Positions 1-13,993 of a stretch of 64,000 bases of DNA are shown here, piece by piece. Positions within the stretch are counted from its first letter, which is position 1. Each line of letters begins with the position of its first letter. The stretch comes from Eledone cirrhosa. Taxonomy: Eukaryota. The notes under the pieces are model-generated. The model made no database searches, had not been told where the DNA came from, and saw only the letters and a program-made list of their open reading frames with translations. The stretch spans positions 120,466,001 through 120,530,000 of the forward strand of contig OZ024742.1 of the NCBI GenBank assembly GCA_964016885.1, given 5' to 3'. A program made the translations under genes and the position numbers.

Positions 1-1400
1 CTACTTTTACATTATATTTAGAGTTATTTTCAGTTCAACTTCAAGAAATCAGAAACAGCAACAAGTAACAAAAAATATGGAACTGAACATCAGAAATTTT
101 TATAAATTGCTTCCCTTGACACCGCATTATGTATTAAGGGGAGGTCACTGTATTGGCAACATAATGAGCCTATATCGTCCAAAAGGTTAAGTTGTCTTAC
201 AAATCCCATCTTAATGAAATGATTAACAAATTTAGTAAATCCCTCCAAATTCTTCATTAATTAACTGAAATAGAATGTAATTCACTTGGAATGTGATGGC
301 TTCATGTTTCAAATCTTGAGAGGGTTGACATTTTATTTTTTGTTTGTTTCGTTTTATATCAACAAAAGGAGGGATTGATAAAATAAATACCAGTAAGATA
401 TTGAGATCAGTTACATATCAAACACACTTGGCTGAAATCGTTCATGATTATCACTTTTTTGGAAAATATCTTCATATTCTAGCAGAAATAAATTCTGTAT
501 TTACCCTACAAGCTCCCGATTGCAGTTTGAAACATGAGAAAGTTGACAGAAGTATATTGAATAATAACAATAATATATTGAAGGAGGGGGGTGGAATATT
601 TAGAATAGTCACTAAGCTTTTCCAAAATACACAACTAAATATATGATTTTACAGAACCATACAATCATAGCTAGAACAGCAAACAGAATATGGAAAAAGA
701 ATTGAAAATTATATAGAGAATATATATCCAGGAATGCATTAGACATGTAACACACCATTAATTTATAATTGTAAATGTATAGCAATATGAAATTATTACA
801 ATTTTCTATAATTATAGAAATAACTCATTATACAGTACTTAAAAGTATATTTTTCACGTGGCCTGAGGCAACCAATTAAAATGTAGTGTTAATATGATTA
901 CATCCAATTAAAACATATTCATGTTGTCTCAACTACTTCACACATACAGCTAGTGTGGCCCTATGGCCAAAAGTAATCAATTAACATAGTGCTAATGAAT
1001 GAGACATAAAATGTGTGCGAAAATAATTAGTTTTTTGTTGTTGTTTTAATGTCTGAATCATACTTTTAAAATGTTCAAGGACCACAACATTTTAACACTT
1101 TGATTTTCTGTTTGAATCTAAAAACAATACAGCATTTTTCAATATGGCTAAGATTTATGGATGCTGAACTATTGTCTCAAGTACTGACAGTTTCTATCTT
1201 AATGTCAGCACCTGATCTGTTATTGACAAAGACATTTAGCACTCCTTAATGATACAGCAACATGTATACACCTAATATGTATACCAGCATCTAAAACTAT
1301 CTGAAACTGGCCTTGGTTCTACAATACCAAACTGTTTATTCTAATGAGTTTATAATGTGTTCATAATTTGATGTAAGAACTTTTAAGTTATGATGTTATG

Positions 1401-1761
1401 AAAACCAGCTTATCTGCCCAGAATTCTCTCACTTCTTTCTGTCCAAACCAGCCGTAACTGGCTGCTTATACTTATGTTAAGGTATTGTCCTCAAAATAAA
1501 TAATATCAAAATCTCATAGATTTTTTACACAAGGCCAGCAATTATCCCAGTGTATTACTAGTACTTTATTTTATCGACCCTGTAAGGATGAAAGGCAAAG
1601 TTAACCTCGGCGGGATTTGAACTCAGACCATAAAGCGCCGTAACTCTTTGCTGCAAAGCATGGCGTCCGACTCTCTGCCGATACTGCCAATCTATAATTA
1701 TAATAAAGTGTTTACTGTGAAAATACAAGAGTAAATATAGAGTAAAGAAAATGCTAAAGGG
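1401..1761. mobile_element. TTAA-type (piggyBac-like) MITE family 1, 5'-eroded, interrupted by a SINE
   Basis: Body matches the uninterrupted copy at 17654-17871; ends ...AATGCTAAAGGG|TTAA at 1761. Confidence 0.6.
1527..1692 (-). mobile_element. SINE family A (tRNA-like head, core resembling the Meta-domain)
   Basis: Reverse complement of 13810-13993; B-box-like GAGTTCAAATCCC and core GGTTAACTTTGCCTTTCATCCTTAC. Confidence 0.8.
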
Positions 1762-2264
1762 TTAATGAAAACAAATAGTTATATTACTAAACTCCAATTT
1801 TTTTATTATTTTCAAAATTATTTTTAAAATCATAGGCAGTGTCTTTCATTTGAAATATAGAAACAAACGGGTTAAAAAAAAAACATTGATATAATATTAA
1901 ATGCTGCCTTTCTTGCAAGGCACCTGGCATTTTTCCATATGTTCCTTATGATTAACATGAATAAATGAATGAATGGAAATACCTATAAAGTGATAAATTA
2001 CAAGATGATTACCTCATACACTAAAATACAAGTTGATTACCTCAAACACTAACTACATGTGCTTCATGTATTTATTGAAAACATATACTTTTACACCACA
2101 CACACTATCTACATAAAAAAATCCTTCAAATGAAAACACCTGGGCAGATGAGAGGGATAATTTATTGCTGCAGCTGACTCATAACTACACAGTTCCCTAA
2201 CACAGTCACCTACAGAACACTATTACAACACCATCATAAAACATTATCCAATGATGGAGCTTCT

Positions 2265-2430
2265 ACAAGGCTACTCAGTCTGTTAGAAATAGCAGCTAAA
2301 TTTCTCTCTCCAATCATACACAACAAACTTTTTTTTAAAGAAAATATGGGATACATTAAGTTTGATGGGGTAGTAAATACTTTTGATAAATAAGGCCTAT
2401 TAGAACAGGGTTGACTAAACAACAATATCA
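2265..2430 (+). repeat. Dispersed old repeat family (motif CTAGAAATAGCAGCCAAATC..CCTCAAATCACACC)
   Basis: Related segments seen by eye near 4400-4440(-), 10030-10090, 14610-14650, 22925-22970, 35880-35930(-), 42295-42350(-); class not determined. Confidence 0.5.
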
Positions 2431-3016
2431 CTAACTATTTATATGCCATAGGTCTGCTCAATCAGGGTTGGCTTAGGAGTAAACAACAACACAAACTCAT
2501 CAAATCATCCCCTAGAATAAAATGACAAGAGCACAAACTCCGCTTCAAACAACTAATTTTGTTATCTTTAAGTTATTATCAATGGTACAATAGAACATCA
2601 GTCAAAAGAAACATTTTGCTGTTTCTTAAGGTTTATAATGCTAGGATATTTTTCAACACACTGATGTGTGTTTGCGTGCGCGCATACATTTATATGTTTG
2701 AGTATATAAATATAATCGCGCAAACACAGATACACTTACAAAAATACACTCACAAACATACATTCACACAAACATACATTCACACAAACACACATTCACA
2801 CAAACACACATTTACACAAACACACTCACACATAGCGTAGCAAATAGAACACCAGCTGCTGTTTTACTATAGTTTTTTCACCATCCCCTTCCTTCCTTTT
2901 ACACACACACACAGGGTGACGGACAGATGGAAGTTCCTCAAATTTATATATAAAGTACAACAATCATATTTTTTTTCCTTTTAATAATCATTTCTACTTT
3001 TGGCAAAAAGAATCAT

Positions 3017-3306
3017 CAGCGTTTCCAAAACATTTCTATACTACCAACCTCTTTTAGAGAATTTATTTCATTAATGCCACCAACCCCTGTAAAGTTGATA
3101 AAAAATTACACATTGAAAATTTAATTTAACAAAATATTTTTATTGAATAACTAAACGTAACAGTTTAACAAGCAACCACTAATTTGTCCTTTCCCCTATC
3201 TCTCCTTGTCTTCCAATGACTAACTTCCCTTCACCTTCCAGTGCCCCTCATAAAACTCCCAATGCTCCCAAGGGGGAAGTAATAATGCCCACTTTAGGAA
3301 TTACTG
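3017..3306. mobile_element. Degenerate hAT/Charlie-like MITE
   Basis: Termini CAGCGTTTCCAAAAC ... CTTTAGGAATTACTG resemble hAT TIRs; no 8-bp TSD recognisable. Confidence 0.4.
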
Positions 3307-4835
3307 ATCTACATCAATGCATTCATCATCATCATCATCATCATCATTATTGTTTAATGTCCACTTTTTTTTCTACTAGCATTATTAATAAAGATATATA
3401 ATTGAGACATAAATATTCATAGATGGCAAACTCGATTAAAGTATCAGATAATATGTATTGTGGCATTTGGACACAAGTTCCTTCACATTCTGAGTTTCTT
3501 TTTCATCCCTTTCAAAGTCACTACAAGTAAATACTGGGACTCAATATAATTAGCTACAGTAACCGTAAAGGCAATGTTTTAGCTAGGCCATAGTATAATG
3601 ACTGAAACCAGTAAAATATTTTAATAATTCAATATTTAGTTTTCCACCTTCACCACAAGATCTTACAGGAATAATTATGTGTGCAAATAGGCACGACAGA
3701 ATACATTATACCTTAATGAAAATTTTATGGATTATTAATAGTTACTATTACTGAGCAGAGTGCTAATTATTTGCACAAATTGAATCAAGCACCATTGAGT
3801 TGTGGAGAAAGAATAAATTACTATGAAATATTGTATATAAACTAATACTAAAAATATTGCATTTAAGATGAACAATTAAAATATTGGCTACACAGTATAG
3901 TCAAAGACTACCAACAGAGCAACAGCATGATAGATTTTAAGAAAACTTTACTTTTGGTTTAATACACACACACGCTCTCTCTCTCTCTGGTTTAAATATT
4001 TATATTTTCAGTCAACTTTCAACTTGTATTTTTCTAGACAAGAAGAGTGAGATAATTAAAACAGAGCTACAAATCTTGCATATACTTATCACCCTTTCAC
4101 TACTGGAATGGTTTAACATTTAGACACTATTAAAACTGAATAGCTGACCATTCTTCTAAGTAGAAACACTCACTCATCAAATATTCAAATGTGTCATATT
4201 CTCTATTACCTTCAGAGAGACCCAGGTGACCAAGCAGCCTACTAAATACAGTGCTGACAATTCATATCCTGTTGGCAAGGAGCATATATTGTGAAACAAA
4301 GGTGTGGCAGCCACTGATCATCTTAGCTTTTATTCAATGTATCAAGAACCACATTATCTAAACTATCTTTCCATTTTTATAAGACATCATCATATGATTT
4401 GAGGGAGATTTGATTGCTATTTCCAGCTGGTTGAGTGGCTAGAAAGAGGCATGTCCATTAGTTTCAATAAGAGCTTAAATGTTCTTAGAAAAAACAATAA
4501 AGTCTTCCAATTTATCCTCGTGTAACCATGGTGGAGGGGTTCAGAAGTTCTCGTTGCAATCATATTATCCTGGCTTCTTTCCCTCTGTACAACACCTTAG
4601 GTAGGTGTCTTCTGTTGTAGCCTTGGGGGGTGACTAATGCCTTTTGAGTGGAATTTGGTCGAGGGAAACTGTGCAGAAGCATATCCAATCATTATTTTAC
4701 ATCTGTTTATCCATGTTAACATCAGTAGGCCAGGTCTCACAGCATCCTACTACCAGCCACAATCCTTCCTTATACATTACATACAGTATTAAAGTAAAGT
4801 TGGGTAATTGGTGTTCATGTCCTTATTATGGTTTT

Positions 4836-4942
4836 TCCACCGAGGTTAACTTTGCCTTTCATCCTTACGGGGTTGATAAAATAAAACACCAGTAATGCAC
4901 TGGGGTAATTGCTGGCCTTGTGTCAAAAGTAGAAACAATTAT
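4836..4942 (+). mobile_element. SINE family A, 5'-truncated
   Basis: Near-identical to the 3' half of 13810-13993. Confidence 0.75.
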
Positions 4943-7013
4943 TATGGCTTTTATATCTGAATAACCTTCCTATAAACAATCACTTTATGGTATAGATGAG
5001 GAGTATTTTATGTTGTCACCAACACTGGAGAGATGTCCCCAATTAGACTAAAGAGTCCTCTGTACACACACATGCCTGTCTGTGTTTATATTTGCCAATG
5101 TAAACCAGTGTGTTGAATTGTGACCTTACATATCAAACAGTGATTTGATAAAATAGACATTGATAAAATAAATACAAGACTGAAACAAATACTAACATCA
5201 ATGTGATAGACTAAAACCATTGAAAGTTATGTTCCAGCATGGCAATAGTCCAGTGACCAAAACTAGTGAAATAATAGGAAAAAGAATAAAGAATCCTTCC
5301 TGAAATTTATACAAAGTGTTTAGTTGTGCTTCATTAACTTACCACTATATTACAGTTACTACTAGTTGTATTTATTAAAGCAACAATGTTATTGCGACTA
5401 TTAATGTCAGCCATGTGTGTATCATGGTATAAGAATGATACCTAGGTTTTAACTTCATATAAATCATACAACCTTGTACAATGTTTATTTAATCAAATTT
5501 CAACTTATGCATCTCTCAAACAGTTTTTGCAGTTAACTTGCTTAAAAAATAAGCTTCAAAACTAAAAAGTTTTTAAGAGTTATTATTCATAATCTTTTTT
5601 AAAAAATAATCAATTTATAAAATATTCATGAGGAAGCAAAAAAAAAAATGATTAGTCTATCAAGTTTTTCGTAAATAAAATTAAAAACAAGGAGTCTTTA
5701 AAATTAAAAATCAATAAAATCAAGTGTTTACTTGAAAACATAGTAAGTCTTGTGCTTATAAAGTTCATGAATTATCCAAATGAATATTCATTTTCTGTCA
5801 TTTTGTTTTGTTTTTTAAGAATGGTCAATAGTTGTGTTATATTTAAATTTTAATCATTAACTTTTTCAGACAACATACAGCCAAATATTCTATAGATTTA
5901 TCGAGAGATGAATGCTCTTAAATTTTTCAAGAGAAAAAGTTAAAACTTTTCAATAGACAATGTCACATTTTTTTTTTTATGTAATTCCTTCTTTAAAGAA
6001 GAAAAAAGAAAGAATTATTTGTAGGAAAATACATTTAACATTAAATATAAGATGTAATGTACTAAAGATAAAGCTATTTAAATCTAAAAATCAAGAATGG
6101 CTACGAGAAATGTTGGCATTTATGATATTAAGCTAATCAGTACAATTAGTAATTGGCATTTATTATAAGTAACCATCAATTAAAGCAGTATGTGACAAAA
6201 TACTTATAATTTAAAATGTATTTGATATTTAAAATTCAAAATATAAGTTTAATTTGAAGTACAAAAGGTATATTTTTTTAAAATTTATTAAACAAAGTCA
6301 TTTATTTTCTCTTGTCTTCTGTATTTCATAAACCTAGATTTGAAAAGAATGTTGGAGGAGACTCAATAAGTCTAGAGTTTATCTGCTTTTTAAACTAAAA
6401 ACATACTGTAGTAATATTATATAAGTGTTCTGATCCAAAATTTTATAATTTATTTTCAGTTACCATAAGATATTTCCTGCCCTTTTCGATGTATAAATAA
6501 ACAGCATACTATTTACAGAAGTAGGGAAATAAGATTTTTAAAAAAATACTCTTCACAATTTGAATTTGTTGAAAATCAGTGTTCTGTCAATGTAAATAAG
6601 TAATCATTGGGAAAAGATATGAACAAATATGATGGAGAGATTTATGTATAAAATATTATTTAAAAAACCATTTGGGTGTGAAATATTACTACTGTAGCTG
6701 TTCAAATAAGCCAGACTGGTAAACATTTTATTTTATTTTATTTTTTAGTCAAAGAGAGAAGTTCAGTGACCATGACTCTTTTCAGTGGCTCTGAATATAT
6801 GTTGAAGAGAGAGAGGGAAGGGTGGCTCTGAATGTGTGTGGGGGGGGGGGGGGCTCCAACTATAAATCTGAATCTAAAAAGGACCCAAAATATCAGGGAT
6901 GGGGGTGTTAAACAGGGCAGCTGAGTGAGCTCTTAAAGGCACCAAGTTACATTGTAAGTGTGAACCCAACACCCTAACCACAAGACCTAGCATCTTTACT
7001 TTTTTACGATTGT

Positions 7014-8170
7014 TGTAAAGTGGTCATGTAGAAGTCACAATAAAAAAAAAACCCAGCCCACACTATAAAGTGGTCATGTAGAAGTCACGATAAAAAGCAC
7101 CCAGCCCACACTATAAAGTGGTCATGTAGAAGTCACAATAAAAAGCACCCAGCCTACACTATAAAGTGGTCATGTAGAAGTCACGATAAAAAGCACCCAG
7201 CCCACACTATAAAGTGGTCATGTGGAAGTCACAATAAAAAGCACCCAGCCCACACTATAAAGTGGTCATGTAGAAGTCACGATAAAAAGCACCCAGCCCA
7301 CACTATAAAGTGGTCATGTAGAAGTCACAATAAAAAGCACCCAGCCCACACTATAAAGTGGTCATGTAGGAGTCACGAAAAAAAGCATCCAGCCCACACT
7401 ATAAAGTGGTCATGTAGAAGTCACGATAAAAAGCACCCAGCCCACACTATAAAGTTGTCATGTAGAAGTCACGATAAAAAGCACCCAGCCCACACTATAA
7501 AGTGGTCATGTAGGAGTCACAATAAAAAGCACCCAGCCCACACTATAAAGTGGTCATGTAGAAGTCACGATAAAAAGCACCCAGCCCACACTATAAAGTG
7601 GTCATGTAGGAGTCACGATAAAAAGCACCCAGCCCACACTATAAAGTGGCCATGTAGGAGTCACGATAAAAAGCACCCAGTCCACACTGTAAAGTGGCCA
7701 TATAGGGGTCACGATAAAAAACACCCAGCCCACACTATAAAGTGGTCATGTAGAAGTCACGATAAAAAGCACCCAGCCCACACTATAAAGTGGTCATGTA
7801 GAAGTCACGATAAAAAGCACCCAGCCCACACTATAAAGTGGTCATGTAGAAGTCACGATAAAAAGCACCCAGCCCACACTATAAAGTGGTCATGTAGGAC
7901 TCACGACAAAAAGCACCCAGCCCACACTATAAAGTGGTCATGTAGGAGTCACGATAAAAAGCACCCGGCCCACACTTTAAGTGGTCATGTAGGAGTCACG
8001 ATAAAAAGCACCCAGCCCACACTATAAAGTGGGCATGTAGGAGTCATGATAAAAAGCACCCAGTCTACACTGTAAAGTGGTCATGTAGGAGTCATGATAA
8101 AAAGCACCCAGTCTACACTGTAAAGTGGTCATGTAGGTGTCATGGCAAAAAGCACCCAGCACACATTGTA
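7014..8170 (+). repeat. 48-bp minisatellite, about 24 copies, derived from the RTE 3' UTR
   Basis: Unit CACTATAAAGTGGTCATGTAGAAGTCACGATAAAAAGCACCCAGCCCA; gives the 16-aa periodic ORF 7455-8027. Confidence 0.95.
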
Positions 8171-8337
8171 AATGTGGTTGGCGTTAGGAAGGGCATCCGG
8201 CTGCAGAAACCAAGCCAAAATCACTTCTGTATGAGGAAGACATGGTCACCTGATCTAGCATTGCCCACAACAGGACAATTCGTCTAACCCATGCTAGCAT
8301 GGAAAATGGACGTAAAATGGTGATGATGATGATGATG
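8171..8337 (+). mobile_element. RTE-type 3' tail with (GAT)n
   Basis: GGTTGGCGTTAGGAAGGGCATCC ... CCATGCTAGCATGG ... GGACGTAAAA(TGA)n, as at 43680-43853. Confidence 0.85.
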
Positions 8338-11234
8338 TAATGATATCTCAACTACTTCTCTGACCAGATTCATTTCATGGTAATTCTGTCTTTTGTTGTT
8401 GCTTTTTTTTTTTCTATTATTTCAGGCAGAATGTTTAAGAGTAGACTTTTGGGAAAATAATAAATATAAATTCATTTTTTAGAGTAAACTTGAATTTATC
8501 AGTGAACACCTGTATATTTTTTTATCTTTCCAATCTTATTTTGTGTCTGCATCAACATTTAGATTTTACATAAATATAGTTAAAAATTAAATAATTAAGA
8601 ACCTGCTTCTGAAGGGCTTCTTATATCTAAATAGCTGAATTTGAAAACTGAATGCGATTGTTAATGTGAATGAGGGGGGGGGGGGACACAAGTTTGATAA
8701 TAATAATAAAAATAATAAAAATTAACTATGTAGCCGTATTGAGCGCAATGAAGTTATAATTAGAAATACACCAAACAAGATTAAAGATGTTTCTTGTTTA
8801 ACTCAAGGTACATATATATCAGACAAAATGAAATATATTATTAGAACACGCAGAAATGGTCTAATTATATTGTTTACAAGTATTAGAATATTTAAATTCC
8901 CAGTAAATACATAAAACAAAGAAATTTTCAATATTTATGAAAATCAAGAAATTTAAAAACAAAAAAATTCAAATTAATTTCAAATAACAGAAATTTAATA
9001 AAGATTAATATATAATGAAATGAAGCGAAAGGAAAATTAAGAAATCAGTGCTACTGAATTGATAATAAACTCAGGTGATAAACCCTTAACTCTTGTTTGA
9101 ATTGTAGGGGTGCCATAGCGATGTACAGCCAGTCTTTAGCATTTAAATCTGGTGGAACCCATCCCTCTCCAGATCGTTCTCAAAAAAAAAGACATAGAGA
9201 AAGGAAGAGGAAGTGAGAAAGGGACTAGAAGAATTGAGACCAGTACATGAGTGGTACTTTGTCAACCTCAGAAGGATGAAAGGCAAAGTTGCCCTGGGTG
9301 AGATTTGAACTAGGAGCACAGAGAGCCAGAATGAATACTACAGACCATTCTATCCGATGTTCTAATGATTGTACCAATTTATTGCCTATAATAGTAAAAC
9401 AGAAGGCACAAAATTTGAAGTTTTGTGTTTAGCAAAGATGGCTACTCAAGAAAAACATCATGCTGTCATAATACTTTCCTTTAGACTCATAATATTGAAA
9501 CATAAAGCTTTCCTAACACTAAAATCATACTATGATGTATTTGTTAAGACTTTCTTTCATAGTTGAAAGGCAGAGTCTGACTTTATAATGAAGAAAAATC
9601 TTTTCAATAGGCCCTCAATAGTATTTCAAATTTTTGTTCTTTTAATATTCAACACTATTCCACTATTTTTTAAAATGCTTGACTGACTTTCAACAACCCC
9701 AGTCAATAATCACTGCTAAGTATTATTGCAAAAAGACTTGCTACTTTATAAGTTTCTTATATATCTTCTTAAATAACTTTATGATTTGCTTGATTTACCA
9801 ATCTCAGAATTAAGTGAGAATACCATATAGAATGGTATTCATTTGGAAGATGAAAAGAGTAAAATATATAATTGACAAGAAAATTCAACAAGTGAACTGA
9901 AAACAGAAAACACACCTACAACATTATTCCTTCTTTATTCATGAAGATCTTTCAATAAAAGCTTTCACAACTTTACAAAATGCTTGACTTTACAATCTCT
10001 AATGACTGGAAATGGTTATGTAGTCACATGACCAGCTAGAAATAACAGTCAAAATTCCTTCTAATCACACCCTGCCAGCTTTAAAAAAGGAAGGATGTAT
10101 TTCATAATGTAGTTCTCAAAAATATGATAGTATGGTAGACTTGCTTAAAGGGTGGCCTAGCATTAAACAACAACCACCATTCATCTTTAACATAGCCAAA
10201 ACAAGAATCCATAAGTTGGCTTCCTCCTCAGAATTTACAATACTTCAGTTCTGAACTTCTCCAACACACTTGTGTAACTCACATATGTTTGGACAGTGCA
10301 GTTGTTACATATAAAAGATACTATACCATATCCAAAATTAGACCAGGCCACCTAACAGATTGATGTTTGTTATTGCCACACAACAACCTGCTATAATGAT
10401 TCCTTCACCTATCTGAATGACCCTCATTCAATCTCACCCAATATATCTACCACTTTGCTCGTCATCTATACTGTCCTTCAAACCCCATCATAAATACTTC
10501 ACTCAATCTTTACTTCCCCGAAATGCAATTCCTTTGAGCACCTTCATTGTCCATACTTCCTAAGAAGGAATAAATCAGAAAAGTCTCAAGAACATTTAAC
10601 ATCAACCTTACCAGTGTAGAGAGGACTGCAGAAGCTATGGGTATTGCCTCCTCTTGCTTGGAGTAAGTAGATAAATAAAATAAATAATAAAATAGAATGC
10701 AGTAAGTAACCACAAATGCTGAATTAATAAATCATAGATAATGGCTAAATGACAAAGATCAAAATGACTGGCTGAATATGTTAGCAGTTTATACTTGCTA
10801 AAGACATCATATAGTGTCTGTAGACAAAGTATTAAATTCTACATGGTTCAGCTCAGCTAGCAATAGGAAATTGATATTAGATATTTAAAGAATGTTATTT
10901 GTAACAGACTGACAACCTACACATGCTGGGAAATCTGCTTGGAATCTATTTAAAGGAATGCAGAGCTAAGCACTAACTTTGAGGCCCAGCATTTTATAGA
11001 CACATTTCATTGCTTATCAATAGCTACATCTACTCTTAGTTGGAGAATTGTCCTCAATAAATAGCTACACCAGCAATATGAATTCCATTTACAGCTATAT
11101 ATAGTGTGCATGTGTCTCTCACTGCTGTCAAAAAGATGCATGGAAGTGCTACTATGAGGAAAATACATGCAAGTGTGAGGGTCTGCCACATGTAGACCCA
11201 ACTGAATAAGCAGCCTTCGAAGTTGACAGCAGTA

Positions 11235-11415
11235 TGGTAGATAAAGCAATCAAAGAAGGAAAAGCAGCTGGTCCACTAGTGATTGTTGCATATGACTAAC
11301 TTGTGACTACACAAGTTAATCATATGCAAACTTAACCAGACAGTGCTGAAAGGTGTCATACCTAATGATTGATGTAGCATCATCATTGTCAATTGCTACA
11401 AGAACAAAGGGGATG
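11235..11415 (+). mobile_element. Old internal RTE LINE fragment
   Basis: Encodes GKAAGPLVIVA and GVIPND*CSIIIVNCYKNKGD, homologous to about 26570-26760 of the long ORF. Confidence 0.7.
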
Positions 11416-12057
11416 AGTGTCATCATTTTCTTATTCATTTCTCCATGCTGGCATGGGTCGAATGAAACTTACTGAGGTAATACTCTAAGGCAGGATGCCC
11501 TTCTTGATACTAGCCTTTACTTGTTTTTAAATAAGTCACTGGGCCACATAACATCAGCAGCAGCACCTGTGCAAGTGGTGGCATAAAATGCAAAGAGCAG
11601 TCATGAAGACAAATAAACACACTTCTCTCCCTAAGTAACCCACACCTAATGGTGCCTCTCACACTAACTATAGCTATCTATCTATCTATCTATCTTTCAC
11701 AGCCAATACGTAACTTACTACTTGACCCTTTACTTGCCATAGTTCTAATGAAAGCCAACTGCTTATGGTTTTCAAATGATTTTGAAAATAATCCAGAATT
11801 TCCAGGGATTTAGTAATATAACTTTATTGTTATTCAGCTGGTGTATGGAACATAACTTAACACAGACCCTTACATATAATTATGGTGAAACATTTTTAGA
11901 TAAATATAAATAATTTAAAAGAAAGAGATTAGTATTGTAGGACCAAAAACAGTTTCAGGCAGTTTGGTATCAACAGGTTTAACGGAACTTGGGGCAATGC
12001 TATGTTCATGGTGAAGAAATCTAACTCTTAGCAGCCCAGTCATTCTAATTGCAAATA

Positions 12058-12561
12058 CTGTATACTTGAATATAAGCCAAGGAATATGTAACCAAAAAAT
12101 AGATGGTATAATAGGGAGTGGGGGTCAGCTTATATTTGGAATCAATATTGTAATGATTTTCACTAACTTCAAATTCTATGTAAATAAGGTGCTAAGATAT
12201 CTGAAGTGATTATTTCATAATGAAACACTGATTTCTTGGGGGATCTCTTTCAACTATTCCCTATCCATTTCAATCTCCCCTTAGTATTTTTAATAATCTC
12301 CACAACAGTTTTAAAAAATCTTTCTTTTATTTTTTTTTTATTTTTTTTTTATCTTAAACTAAAACTATATCTCCATTTCTTTAAATTATTGTAAATATCA
12401 AAATATTAAAACTTCATAAATATTTTCTCCACTCATGAGAATTTCAAAACTGCACAATAATGTGTCGATTAGCTGTTTGGGCTTATAAACAAGGTTTAGA
12501 TTTTAGCCCATTTCTCAGACATAAGATAGGAGTGGTCAACTTATATTCAAGTATATTATGG
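12058..12561. mobile_element. Tc2/pogo-like MITE (Tc1/mariner superfamily)
   Basis: Imperfect TIRs CTGTATACTTGAATATAAGCC / CTTATATTCAAGTATAT; internal segments shared with 19327-20402 and 49025-51678. Confidence 0.65.
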
Positions 12562-13809
12562 AGGAGATTGAATTTGGTGAAGGAAGCATTATATACTAAT
12601 GATGAATGTTTTGTGACCTTGCAGAGCTGAGCTTGAATCCTTCTGATCACCTAAGCACTGAGAGGAATGGGCTGTGGAAAGCTGATATTTACAACTTCAG
12701 TCTAATACTATTTGGGACTCACCAGTATTATTGAATAAAAAATATATATAATAAAAAATAAAGCAAGAGGTTGTCAAGTATATTTAAAAATTTGTGTCCG
12801 TGAAACATACACGTATACACCAGGTCCAAACACAAAGGAACTAAACTCCCACTGTCACTGCCTCCGTCTCTCCCGCTGCCTCCATCTCTCACTATTATGA
12901 GTAAATGGGGGCCCTCGCACTGGCCACCCCATGGCCCCAGTGGACTGGCCGCCTCCACAAAATGAAAAGTAGCAATCAACAATGAGAAAGTCTAATTATT
13001 AACATAACACAGAAAAAAGACAAAAAGATGGAAATAATGTGTGTGTGTGATATTAAATAGTAAATAGTTCATATTTTTTAATATATTTTCCTCCATGGAA
13101 TCTCTATGTTATAAATATAGGAAATATATTTTATAACTGATAGAATCTATCTTCTAATCAAGTAGCTAACTTTCATTTATCAAACCCTTTATCTGAAAAT
13201 AGTTTAAATTGGATTGGGTATAACCAATTGATAGTAAAACACCTGGCAGCTAAGAATGAGTCACAGAAAAGGTAATTTAACACAAATTCGTCCAATAATA
13301 TTTCTGTAAAAGCAATGAAAATTTAAGCTTCAACAATTTACCTAGTTTAAAATACACGTTTGTGAGTGGGTGTGTGTGTAAGTGTAAACATGGCTGTGTG
13401 GTTAAAAAGTTCACTTCACAACCACGGGCTCTCAGGTTCTATCCCACTGCGCAGCAGCTAAAGCAATTATCTTCTACTTTTGTATCAGGCCAACTTGAGA
13501 GTAAAACATATAAGGAAGCCTATCGTATATGAATAAATGTAGATATGTGTTATTTATCCAGTATTTTTTTTCCTCTTTCAGGTGGTAATATTTGTTTACG
13601 TTCTGTTTAAATAGATATCCCATTGGTCAGTTGTTAGGTATGCAAAGATCTGTACCTTACTTTAAAAAAAAAAAATTACAGTGTATGTCACTTTTTTCTC
13701 AGAAATAAACAATGGTTTCAGGAGAGAGAAAAATAAATAAATAAATTAAAAAAAATAAAAATAAAAATATAAAAAAAAAATAAAAATTTTCTTCACTACT
13801 ATCATTATT

Positions 13810-13993
13810 GATTCGGCAGTATCGGTAGAGGGTTGGACGCCATGCTTTCTAGCATAGTTACGTCCCTTTACAGTCTGAGTTCAAATCCCGCCGAGGTTAA
13901 CTTTGCCTTTCATCCTTACGGGGTCGATAAAATAAAGTACCAGTAATACACTGGGTAATTGCTGGCCTTGTGCCTAACGTAGAAACAATTATT
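13810..13993 (+). mobile_element. SINE family A, essentially complete
   Basis: A-box-like GGCAGTATCGG, B-box GAGTTCAAATCCC, conserved core, tail AGAAACAATTATT; at least 6 good copies in the window. Confidence 0.85.

Noticed and set aside
344-646. Short AT-rich ORFs across the window (e.g. 344-646, 18134-18433, 63029-63220)
   Set aside because: No domain motifs, many non-ATG starts, and lengths compatible with chance
7455-8027. 190-aa His/Lys/Cys repeat protein
   Set aside because: By-product of a 48-bp unit lacking a stop in one frame; starts at TTG; derived from a LINE 3' UTR
7014-8170. CRISPR-like appearance of the 48-, 43- and 29-bp arrays
   Set aside because: Units are contiguous with no unique spacers, there are no cas-like ORFs, and the context is eukaryotic
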